From positions 21,142,001-21,206,000 of the forward strand of contig OZ287749.1 in the NCBI GenBank assembly GCA_965649765.1: a DNA stretch of 64,000 nt. Direction: 5' to 3'. Each line of letters starts with the position of its first letter. Positions within the stretch are counted from its first letter, which is position 1. Under the pieces are notes generated by a model that saw only the letters and a list, made by a program, of their open reading frames with translations, had not been told where the DNA came from and ran no database searches. The position numbers were made by a program, and so were the translations under genes. This document shows, one piece after another, positions 12,101-23,730 of the stretch. The DNA is from Bispira polyomma (Eukaryota).

Positions 12101-15100
12101 AATCAACAACATTAATTTCCCCAACAAAACATTGGAACATTAATAATAGTCAATTACCTCCTGATAGTTATTAATGACAAGTAAATTATTTTTGCAGTAC
12201 TTACTTGATCATGGGAAAGTGTGAAATACTAACAGCATGTTTGCATAACTAATAAAAAGATCAAACTGCACCACTACATTGAAAGGTTGCACATTAAATA
12301 ACAACACAAACAACAAAGTAAAAACTATAGTAATTAGATGACATAATCTCTATTTTACCGTAGATATAAAATTTTGCAATTTAATGTGATGTTTTCTCAG
12401 TCATCAATATTTCAATATTGCAACATATCTTCTTTTGAATTTATTTTATACTACAAGCAATTACTGTATTCTTCCATTTAAAAGTTTTAATTTTAATGGT
12501 TAAGTAAAGAGTGACTCAATTAAATATATAAGCTAAAAAATTTAAAGATTTTGTTTTCTATATGACACATTTCTGTATTCCTTGTCTACACTGTACTCAT
12601 GCTGTCCACATTTCTTCCACAGAGAGTGCCTACAGGATCAAAGAAGAAGATGCAGGCTTGCTGACAATCCCTGTCCATCCAATCAGCTATGGCGATGCCC
12701 AAATACTGCTTCAGTAAGGTTTAATTGGGTCTTTAGGGGAATGGTGTGATAAAATCCTACAAAATAAATAATAATTGTGTCAAGAAATCAGGAAATATAA
12801 CACAACTTAGTTCTCATTAATCGTTTTATCATTGAACAAAAATAGTGTTGTTACAATTCATAAAGGAGGATCGCTGAGACACTGCTAAGGGTAAAGTAGG
12901 TTTTCACTGAAAGACTATCATGAACAATGCTTATGATGGTATATATGAGAAGCTATAATCAAAATTAACTTTTGGTTTTTGAGCAGTTTGAGTGAAAACT
13001 AGCACCAGTGTCTACTTGTCAGAGAGGTCTAAACAAATCTTTTGTTAGAAATATGGCCCTAGCCATGTATCATTGAATTCATTCATTGAATTTCTTCCAG
13101 AAACATGACAGGAGAGGAGGCACCGGAAGACTGGCAAGGTGACCTGCCCATTACATACAGACTGGGACCTGGCTTTACAAACAGTGACTGGTAAGTGACT
13201 ACTTTACTGGATAAGTTGTAATAAAATACAAATAAAAGCCCCCCACCCCCTTCTTTTGAAAAATCACTCAATTATTTTTTTTAATCATTTTTCAAATTTT
13301 AGCACCACCCTACAATTAAAATAATAAAGTGATGTTGAATTTATTACGGCAATAGGACAAGTGTTATAGCTTGAAAAACAATACCAAACAATTGTACTTA
13401 ATCAAGATTTAAGTAAAGTTTAAGGTTTGTTCTTTAGTTGTAGTTTTACTTGAGCAGTAGCAAAAACGCCCCACATAAACCATTAAATATCTAAAATGTT
13501 GTACCACTTGGTAATTATTGATACAATTTCAAATGAAATGAACTCCAGTAATTTATGTTATTTGTTAAGGATTTTTATTAAAGAATGTGTGTTTCCATAT
13601 TGACAATTAAAACTTGCAATTGAAACTACTACTTTGTATAAATTTTGTGAACAAATGATATTTCTTTTTTTTTTATTGGTTTATAGGTCTGTAAAAATGT
13701 TTATCAATACAGAAAACAAAGTGGCCACAACTTACAATGCATTTGCAATGATAAAGGGATCCATAGAACCAGGTATACTTAACCTGTTCTATATCAAATA
13801 AAAGTTCTGCCAATACAATTTAATAGTTTGCGTATAAGTTAGGCGAATGAGTATTACAGGTATTTGTTGACTGAACATGTTAATTGCAGCTTTGAATTAT
13901 AAAGCAAAGTATAATACAACAAAAGTCTTTTTCTTGACTTTTTTTAATGGACATTAAGATTTAATATAAAGTAAAAAATAACAAGGTAAACCTCTCTCAA
14001 AGCTTTATTACTCTGTGCAAATGTATTTTTTAATCCTCCAGACAGATATGTGTTACTTGGCAATCATCGTGATGCCTGGGTTTTTGGGGCTGTGGATCCT
14101 TCCAGTGGAACGGCCACCATGTTGGAATTGTCACGTGCCATGGCCAAGATGGTGAAAGAAGGTAAACCAGAATGCATCAGATATGGCAATTGTGTTTTAG
14201 AGTGTTACTACACTTTCGTATACTAATTAATATTTCTATTTCAAATTGTAAATTAAAATCTTTATTGAATCCCATGTTTAAAATCTTGATTTAGAACTAA
14301 ATATTTTGGTACATATACTTTTTCTACTGGTAAGCATGCTTCAGTTTATTTTCACTTGAAACTTCAAAACACTGAGTATATATTATACTTGTGTTAATCA
14401 GGATGCCTGCTGACAAATAACACTAAGCTTTTAATACTATATACTTTGGTAGTAACAGTTTCCTATTGTTTTAGGTTGGCGTCCGAGAAGAAGCATACTT
14501 TTCTGTAGTTGGGGAGCTGAGGAGTATGGATTAATTGGTTCTAGAGAATGGGTAGAGGTAAGTACAGTTACTAGTGAGGACTTAAATTGTGTCTTAGTAA
14601 TGCTATGTTTTCTTATCGTTACTTAGGTATGTATAGTTAGAGGTGTTTTAAATGAGGTTTTGAATGTTTTATTTAAATAACTGAATTTGTATCCCAGTAT
14701 AATTAGTCACTTAATTTCAATAACAGAGAGGACATTTGAGAGGCATACCTAGTATTTACAGGATTTTACTCCGATTTATTGTACATGATAAAAAAACCAT
14801 GAATTTTAATCAGCTTTTGAAAAAGGAAACAGTTATAGAATAATTGGTGTTTTTTTAGTTATATCATTCAATAAATATAGGAAATGGATAGCATAAAACA
14901 TTTGCAATCAAGCAGATAATAATATATGGTCAGGTTTGTAAAAAATTGTTTCAATGATATGTTTAAACATTTATTTTGTTGTATTTTGTTAGCAATATGG
15001 GAGCATGTTATCAGACCGAGCAGTTGCCTACTTAAATGTGGATATTGCTGTACAAGGTAAGTGGAATTACATAATTATCTTATTATGAAAAAAGTTTGCA

Positions 15101-18100
15101 CATCATTAAGCACCTGCTACGTTTGTTAAATTTAAATGATGAAGATAAAATGTGCAATATGTATGAAAAGAAAAGCATAATTACAGAAAAAACTCCCAAA
15201 ATTAGCAGACACAATCGTGGGTACAATAAAGGGATTCATTAAAAAATCCTCCGTATATTAATGTGGTGCTATTTTAAGACAAAGGTGTTGCATCCCCTTT
15301 TTCAGGAAACTTTACCTTCAGAGCAAGGGCATTACCCATCATAGAAGACACACTGTATGAAGTGGGTAAAGTGGTGAGTAAAGTGTCTATACTTACAGAG
15401 TTGTCTCTCAACTAGTCACATAGAAAATGACTTGTGATTACAGATTATTACTGTTTGTAATGTATTCACAACATAGTATATTAATTAATATTTCATCAAT
15501 GATTCCTGTTTACATTATCACCTGTTCTTTAATAGTGACATCTGTAATTTATAAAATAACACGCATCACTTATTCAACACCTATTTACAATACCATATTC
15601 ATCAATATAGCTTAGCATTTCCTTGGTCATTTCTATTTATATTACAATTTTTATTTATAATACCTCTTTAATAATATCATTTGTTAGCTGTGCTTATTGC
15701 GCTAATAATAATGTAGCTTAATATTTTATCAGTTCACCTATATGCTCAGGTACCAAACCCTGATGAGAAAGAAAAACAGGCAGGCCGGGAGACACTTTAT
15801 GACACCTGGGCATTAAGGTACTCTGCTAAAGACACCAATGGCCAGGAGACTGGGGTGCCTAAGTAAGTATGTTTTGTTAAGATAGAGCAATAACTTTACA
15901 ACTCATCAATTTCAAGGTAAAAAGTAAAACAATATTAATACAAGTTAAGTATGAAATATATCAATCTCAAAATGAAGCGCATAAGTATCAAATATGACAT
16001 AAATATCATCATAAGGACAATGCTAACAATTTATTTTTCAAATGTCTGTATTATTTTTCCCTGTTTATTTTTATACAGATACACTTCAACAAAAATGGCC
16101 TAAAATATTTTTTAATGCAGATACATTTCAACAAAAGAGGCCTATAATAAAAATTGATGCATCTTTAGAAAGTAATATAATAAAAATTTTCCAGCTGCAT
16201 CGAGTGCTTTAATCAATAGACCATACCCTCTGTGTAAATTTTTCCTTCAGGATTCCGATCCTTGGTTCAGGTAGTGACCATGCCCCCTTCATTAATAAAG
16301 TGGGGGTGACCTGTGTAGATTTACGTTATCACTATGATGAATCACTGGGAATCTCCTCCTACCCACTCTACCATTCGGTGTATGAGACATTTCACCTGGT
16401 CAATGATATTATGGACCCCACATTTGCAGTGAGTTACTATTTACACCATTTAATATCTTACAATTATTTAATTATCTTGTTTTATCGAGATACATCAGAA
16501 ATATGAAATATTTATTGTAATAAATATATAAATATTTATTTTATTATTTGTATAAAAGTAGAATCTATTGTAATATATTTGATACATGTACATATGAAAA
16601 GAAATCACAAATCCTTGTCAAAAATGTTGTGATGACTAAATCATACATATTTAGGGAATTCACTACAATATATTTTCAACATTGCTGTTTTAAACTTTAA
16701 TTAAATAGAATCTTAGTGGACATAATAAGTTATTGTTATTTGTGAGGAAGTCAGGTTTATGAAGATTATATACCACACATTCATAAAACAGACAACATTC
16801 CTACCACTATATTGCCAGCTGTCTAATTTTAATGTTGCTGTAATGAATATTGTCAGTTTCACAAGGCCACAGCTCAGTTCTGGGGAGAACTCGCACGACG
16901 ATTGGCTGACAATTATGTCCTACCCTATGATGTCAGACATTATGGCAAAGCATTAAGGGGGTTTCAGTCAAATGTTATGGATAACATTTACAATTTTGAT
17001 GCGAATGGCCTGGAAATAGAACTTGCTGAACCACTTAGTAAGTACACACTTTTCTATACATGGCTTCCATATTACGTAATATACATAAACACGTAACCAT
17101 ACACATAATCTGTGTTTGTATTTAAAGTGATTGCCTCATAATAAGTGAACTAGCTTCTGCTATATATTTATCACATGGACTTTGTATTTTCAAAATGTGC
17201 CATCTTAAAAATGTCACATTTTTTTATTTCCAGGATTCCTTGATGAAGCTATCTTTAAGATGATAACAGTTACGGAAGGGTTTAACAAGAAGCTCTTGAA
17301 AGTCAACAAGGAAAAGTAAAGAACTATCTTACATTGTCCACTTTAAACAAGATGACCTTCTTTAATCCTTTTTCTTTAGAGTAAAATTAATATTTACTTC
17401 ACACTTTTCACAACCATTAGTGTCTAACATGGAAAAATACATCTGATGATCACCACACAAAGGAAAAATAACAGAATTCTATTTGGGGTTTGACTGTTTT
17501 TGTAAATATCAAGAGGTTTAGATTTTCAAAGTATAAAGCTAATTCATATCGTACTCTTACTTCAAAAGTCAATTAATGTGCAGTTATAGGTAGTTAAGAT
17601 AAGAACTAAAATCCACCTAACAGTCTATAATGAAAAGCAAAGAGAGTTCCAACTGGTTGTCTCTTAGATAACTTTAAGTGGTCGTGGTCTGATTTTAGAG
17701 GACACAATTTGTGTAGATTTTGACTAAATACAGGAGTTTGTGTCCTCCTCCCTTGATACAGTAAAATCCTATATTATTTTATTTTTAATGAGTTTCATTG
17801 TTAGAGCAGAACTAGATAGACAAATTTTGAACTGACTAGGTTACTATATTACAAGTTATATTATATTACAAGTTACCAGTATATTCCCACTGTTTCTAGT
17901 GCGGTAGAAGTGCGTATGTTAAATGATCAGATGTTAAGGCTGGAGAGAGCCTTTATCAACCCAGGAGGACTTCCACACAGACCCTTCACCAGGTAAATAT
18001 CACATGGAGAGTAGGTTGTGTGTGACTTGTCAAAGTGTGTAGTAAAAAGCATTATATGTACAGTGTATTGATGTTTCATTGCACACTAGATAAATAAATA

Positions 18101-18788
18101 AAAAAATTCTGAACTACAGAAAACAATTGAAATTACAGATAAAGAACAAAAGCAATTGGCAAAATAGAATTTTAATGAACATATATTTGAAAGAAACAGG
18201 CATGCTTTTAAAACTTTATTTGATTAAATACATACATGTTTTACACAGTCAATGTAATATCCTGGGTGTAAATATATAGTAATCCAATTGCTACTAAATG
18301 TTTCTGACTTAACTGGTTCACCTCTCTCTGTGTACTACCAGTTTTATTTTAATGACAGGATAAATAAAAAAAATATTAGAAAAAAAGAAATTAATGAAAA
18401 TAAAAGCAAAACAACCCTGTTCAAAAGAAAAACAATTTGAATATAAACCAGAATTAAAGATATACTTAAAAACCCTTGTCATAATATACATTTTCGAGCC
18501 CATACATTTTCCCCTTTTTCCTCAGAAATGTAATATTCAACCCCTACTATGATATGTATTTTACTGTTGTTTCCCAGAAATGTGATCTTTGCACCCAGTG
18601 CCCACAACAGCTATGCAGGGTCCAGCTTTCCTGGTGTTGTGGACACCCTGTTTGAGATCAATAAGATATCTCCTGTGGATTATTATAAAAGGCTAGAAGA
18701 GGTGAGGAAACAGATATCTATTGTCACATTCTACATCCAGGCAGCAGCAGCAATACTGCAGGACTATGATGGATTTCAGTTCTCTTAA
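6105..18788 (+). CDS. Glutamate carboxypeptidase II / NAALADase-like M28B metallopeptidase (FOLH1/NAALAD2 family), 5'-incomplete. Exons: 6105-6390, 6801-6926, [one of 7497-7683 / 8670-8865 / 9660->gap / 11795-11975], 12623-12713, 13101-13190, 13687-13772, 14042-14161, 14475-14557, 14993-15056, 15306-15373, 15750-15862, 16251-16428, 16857-17037, 17234-17315, 17900-17992, 18578-18788
   Basis: All introns GT-AG and phase-compatible. Motifs [40 protein letters not shown] (Zn ligands), [12 protein letters not shown] (catalytic EE), [45 protein letters not shown]; AATAAA near 19314 and 19368. Confidence 0.95.
7110..7335 (-). mobile_element. Old tRNA-derived SINE remnant
   Basis: B-box GGGTTCGAATC on the minus strand; body resembles the other SINE-like sequences in the window. 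Confidence 0.45.
7497..7683 (+). CDS. Alternative PA-domain exon A (187 nt)
   Basis: acaag|GCT...ATA G|gt; [21 protein letters not shown]...[28 protein letters not shown]; open frame. Confidence 0.9.
7742..7885 (-). mobile_element. SINE central/3' remnant
   Basis: aaaccaccgacctatggcaagtacctgagaaactttcccacat resembles invertebrate SINE core sequences. Confidence 0.45.
8670..8865 (+). CDS. Alternative PA-domain exon B (196 nt)
   Basis: ttctag|GGA...ATA G|gt; [21 protein letters not shown]...[33 protein letters not shown]; open frame. Not in the ORF track. Confidence 0.9.
9389..9557 (+). pseudogene. Dead alternative exon C (frameshifted, truncated copy of exon D)
   Basis: Shares ~65 nt of upstream intron and its exon sequence with exon D; +1 insertion (ggcagccagagg); ends in an (AT)n tract. 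Confidence 0.8.
9660..9838 (+). CDS. Alternative PA-domain exon D (3' end lost in the N gap)
   Basis: ttgtag|GCC; [21 protein letters not shown]...[26 protein letters not shown]; open up to the gap. Confidence 0.85.
9839..9967. other. Assembly gap (N run)
   Basis: Run of N. Confidence 1.
11795..11975 (+). CDS. Alternative PA-domain exon E (181 nt)
   Basis: tttcag|GGT...ATA G|gt; [21 protein letters not shown]...[28 protein letters not shown]; open frame. Not in the ORF track. Confidence 0.9.
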
Positions 18789-19427
18789 GTAGTACAGACA
18801 GTTAAGACAGATATATATTGGGGGATAATTGTAATGGCGTCTCTTAGTTCTGCTTATTTAAAAGTGTATCCAACATGCAATGTTGAATGAAAGTACTTCA
18901 ATATATGTGGATATGTATTTAGTCCTGATTGAATATTTTTCTTATTGATTCAGAGTTTCCAGATTTATAAGTTAGCAGAATGAAATTTTAATCACTAAGA
19001 GAACTTATACCTTTGCATTGTATCATTATGTATACAGAGGGAATGAAATATAATATGACATTTTATCAAAACTTGATCTACAGTATTATTTAATTGTACA
19101 AAATAGGTCATCATTTTTTACTTTACTTTTTGATGAATAACATTTTTGTCAAGTAAACTTTCTCACATGAAATTAATTAAACAATCAAGGTAATCAATCA
19201 ATATCTTTGTATTTGCAATTATACAAATCTATGATTTAATTAATCACTTTTTTTGCATGTGTAAACCCTGTATTCACGACTTTCCTTCCTACAGAGCAGT
19301 GCATTGAAGCTATAATAAATGTTGTTAGGATAGTTTATGTGAAGTTTGATATTGTGTTATAATACCTGAATAAATGAGTTGGCAAAAATATTGAAATAGT
19401 TTTACTTCAATAAACATAACACATATT

Positions 19428-19579
19428 CTAGCTTAGGTTAGGATTTAAAACAGATCAATACACATACAGGTACTGCCTTTCTATCAATTTTATTAATATT
19501 TTTTAACAACATTATTAAAAAAGTTGTTAGAAAGGCAGTACCTATATTTGTATTGAACTCATTTAAACCCTAAGACTAG
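19428..19579. repeat. Palindromic fold-back (MITE-like), ~70-bp arms
   Basis: caatacacatacaggtactgcctttcta is mirrored by tagaaaggcagtacctatatttgtattg. Confidence 0.8.
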
Positions 19580-19845
19580 GTATACCCCATTTACCATAAT
19601 TACAGCTTGTCAGTATTTTTTTAGATAAATGACATTGGTTTTATAGTCCTATCTAAAGTAGATTTGCAAAAACAAATATTTGAGTTGAGCCACAAATATC
19701 CTCTTGTGGGGTGAACCAATAATATATACTAATTAAGGTAGAACTATGTGGTTCCTTGTCTGGTTTGAAGATTATTACTCCTACTAACTAAATGTTAGTA
19801 AAATTTGTGTTGGGATATGGATAATTTCCAGTCTAATGTCAAACA

Positions 19846-20096
19846 TTGAATTGAATTTGAATATTTTACGTCCACTCTAGTACCTGTTTAGGTTATATTG
19901 GGACGGGCAGTTGGAAACGCTGGAGGAAACACTGCATACAGTTGATCAAGGTTCTGCACTGAAACCAGCGGCCTACAGTGAGGAACTACCACCTTTCCCA
20001 CATAGGTATCAGGGATTCGAACTCCTGCCACCCAGAGGTGAGAGACCAGTGATTGTGAAGCGCAATGCTTGCTAACCACTAGACCACCGCGGCCCC
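19846..20096 (-). mobile_element. Full-length tRNA-derived SINE with 13-bp TSD
   Basis: A box TGGTCTAGTGG, B box GTTCGAATCC, (TTCAA)n tail; TSD ctaatgtcaaaca at 19833-19845 and 20097-20109; highly similar to 42521-42779. Confidence 0.92.
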
Positions 20097-21296
20097 CTAA
20101 TGTCAAACAAAGTAAAGATAAATAAGAATCACATGTGGAAATGCATTAAAACGTATAGGTACCAAAGGCAAAGGAAGTAGTTATTAAGACAGAAAAAACA
20201 AAAATTTAAAGAGTTAGGGAATACCAGTTTAATACCACAACAGTCCAATCGGATTTTAGTCAAAATGCAGGTTGCGAAATATGAAAAAATGGTTTTCTCA
20301 ACCTGAATGAGGATGAATGAGGAAAATTGGAATCTTTTGGGACGGAGGAAGGCTAGCAATTAGGTATTTCAAATCAGCTGCATTAATTTACATTGCTGAA
20401 AAATAGATGACTTAAACATATGTATGCTTTGGTTTCTCATTACAAGCCTACATGAATAAAATGACTAAAATCTCCATATCAATCAGGATCTTTAAAATAC
20501 AACATCAAACAAACTTAACTACACTCAGTTAAAGCTGTTGATTTAGATAGCATTAATAGATATTTTTAAGAACAAGCTGTAGCAGATAAGATTAATAGAC
20601 TGTTTTGGTATAGTACAATTGCTATGATATATAGCTGTACATTTATAAACCCATTGTTATAACATTTCATTTTATTAGTTTAATCTGCTCTTCCAAACAA
20701 GTCATGGCAACATCTGTTATTAGCTGCTGGATTTGTAGTCTCAATTTATATGACATTATTATAGGCTTTTTACTTAGATATCACACTAAACCAAGTAAAA
20801 AAGAGGCTATTGCTATCAAGGGGCATCAGTGTGTGGTAGGCTGTGGGATGGCTCTTGAGTGTCCATAGTCTAACACAGGAGGCAGATGAGACTGTGTCAC
20901 AGAGGTTACTAGAGGAGATTAATGTCGAAAATATCAGGGAGTATTTAAGGTTAGTATAGAGATTATTTGGGGCAAAATGTCAAGTATGTAAAGGGAATAT
21001 TAGGAGACATATAGTATAAGTACATTATGTCATAGGGGGAAATGTTATATACAAGAAAAACATAAAAAATGCGGGTAAATACAAGGCATATTTGGGGAAA
21101 AATGTCAGATATATATACAAGACGTATCAGGGATCATATGAAGTACATGATCTCAGTAGTCATGGAAAAACCCCAGATATGTGAAGAAATCTTTGGAGCA
21201 AGTAATTGGTATAAATATCATGTCAGTACTAAAGAGAAGGTTAATGATGAATCTTTATGATAAACATAAGTATCGAAATATTCTCTAGCTTACAGT

Positions 21297-22050
21297 ATGT
21301 GTAAGGCAGGGCCCCAACTCTGGCGCTCTCAGTTCTGGGGGACCAGTCTTAGCTGGCCTGCTGAGGATTCATCCGCTCTCCCGTCAAGTACAGGTTCAGA
21401 TATTGTTTCTAACCAAATATTGTTGCAGCTTCCGTCCTTGGCACAAATGATGGAGCGGATGGACCAGAGAGTTCAGCAAACGGAGGCAGCACTGGCGGCG
21501 GACGTCCACAGCAAAAGTCAGGCTAGTAATGTTTCAAATTCTGTTGTTTCTAATAGTTCTGTGAGCAATGATACCAGTGAAGTTTTGTCCACTGAAAATG
21601 TAATTTCCAGTGTAGACTTCTTACGCAAGAACACTCAAATTCAAAGTCAAGTTGAACTAAGACTAGCCGAGTTAAAACAACTAAATGAAAACCCACAGCA
21701 AGGTAAATTAAAATCACAAACGGGGGGGGGGGGGGGGGGGGGGCGTCGACGTTCTAGTCAAATGCGTTGTAGAATGGCCCCAAAACCACGTCTTGACGGG
21801 CAGTTTCAAATCCAGGCCCACATATGATGACTTATCAGTCAACCAGTGGGTATGCGGTTTCACCCGTATAATTCAGGAAGAGAAGTCAAACGAGATTAGG
21901 GAGATTATCTTAGACTATATGGCAAATTTGATGGAAGACGCGGAGGACTTCTTGTGGGAATCGGCAAAAGCTTGCCAGGCTGTCGTGCTCACCCACATGG
22001 AGATGGGTAAGGTTAAATGGTCAGAGGTCGAAAAGCTTGACACCACTGGA
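21297..22050 (+). pseudogene. Isolated DIRS gag-like fragment
   Basis: QVELRLAELKQLN..GKLKSQ.GG and YDDLSVNQWVCGF..LDYMANLMEDAEDF.WESAKA align by eye with the gag at 35435-36270. Confidence 0.75.
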
Positions 22051-22295
22051 TCTGCACATGATGCAGACATTGTTTATCTACCTTATTCCTGCATTTAAAA
22101 AAAGATAGGATGTTTACACTTGACAAAGTCACTGACAGTTCCTGTTTAAAATAAAAACATATAAAAGTAGCCTTCAAAGTTCAATGATTCACATCTAAGT
22201 AACCTTAATATTTGCAAACAGAGGATTTTTCATTGGTTAAGCTTTGCCACTAAAAAGTTCTGCATTGGATATTCTGTTCTTTTCCTCTGAATGAG

Positions 22296-23628
22296 GGTTC
22301 ATTGGTTTATGTCAACTATGCGAGAGTAGAAAACTTCATCTGGCTCAAGGAAGAAAAGAACATGGACTTCTCTGATAAAATCTGCATTGCCAGATATGGG
22401 AAGATTTTTCAGAGGAAACAAGGTTAATGTTGTTGAACAGATTTACTAATTTGAACAAATTTTATTGCATCAACAAGTAGCAGCAATTTACAGCAATAAC
22501 AAGAATATAAACATGATTATATCGTTATAATATGTATAACTATGATATTTAACGAAAAGTGACATATCAAATTTTCATTTAACATTTACCAAGTACAAAT
22601 ACACCCTTTCAAATATTTCAACTAGAACTGTTTTTTAAGTTCTAAATTAAACAGCTTGATTCTTACCAGTTAAAAATTAGTTCTGTTTTTAAGAGATACC
22701 TGCAAATGAATTGAATAATTTCATTGAAATTTCCATCTAGCAACAAGGTTGCAGTTAATTTGCATCACTGCTACTTATAATCCTAACTAGAAAAAAGAGT
22801 TGCATATTTCTAGATATGAATAAAATGTAGGTAACATCTGGTAACTCTGTGAGCATCAAGAAGAAAAATCATAAAATCAAATCATTTTTATAATAGCTCA
22901 TTTTTAGCTCAAGCAAATAGAACTACTCAGAACTGATTCACTGAGTAAAAAGATATTTTTCATACTGGCTAATCCATGGTTAGCCATCTTCAATGGTACA
23001 ACAATTGTACCAAAAAAAATAATTATAATTTATCATTTTACGATGCCCGACCAAAGGTATTATGAGAAGGAAAATTCACAACAAACCATGGAGTCTTTAA
23101 TGCAAATTGGGGCATCGTTGGTGTAGAGGTTGTACTATTGCCCCAACTTCTGCATTTGTGGGTGGAAATCCCAGCCATTACATCATTTTTTACATGACTT
23201 TGTGTATTGTCAATTATTTCCACCAATATGTTTATTACAGGTATTTATATAGTACAATACCATGGATAAGTATTTGCTATGCACGTTTACCTATGTCCAA
23301 GTATGTTATCCTTATAACATTGTACCACTGTTTATTCCACAACAAAATACTATACAGACAAATCAGGATCTGGATAGAAGGTTAAAACAGATGAACAGAG
23401 CTTCACACAGAGTTCAGTTATATATTTCTACCACATTATCACAAGAATTATAGATGCCATTAGATATGTGGCCTGTGTCCTAGAGGATACCAATATTAGG
23501 CACACTATTAAGACGACACATGCATTTGTAATTTCCAGGTGTTTCCTGGTGGTTGCCACAATCTGGAGTACAGAGGGGAACCACCTCTGTAGCTGGGGAT
23601 GTGCTAACACCGGGATAACCTTCCATAG
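22296..23628 (+). pseudogene. Dead partial duplicate of the GCPII-like gene (two exon remnants)
   Basis: 22296-22422 is a frameshifted copy of exon 6801-6926 with similar upstream intron. ~23530-23628 reads [27 protein letters not shown] (exon E-like) with a stop and a destroyed donor. Confidence 0.85.
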
Positions 23629-23730
23629 TTCAGTGACACTTTTCTCTCCGAAATACAACAAAAATATGTTGTGATCAAAGCAATTAAGCAAGAGAAATTT
23701 CAATCATCAATGTTAATTTCCCCAGGAAAA

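Noticed and set aside
6927-12622. Docking/selector RNA pairings for exon choice
   Set aside because: Only ~7-bp complementarities were found by eye (cagcatg/catgctg), which is not significant; needs comparative folding.
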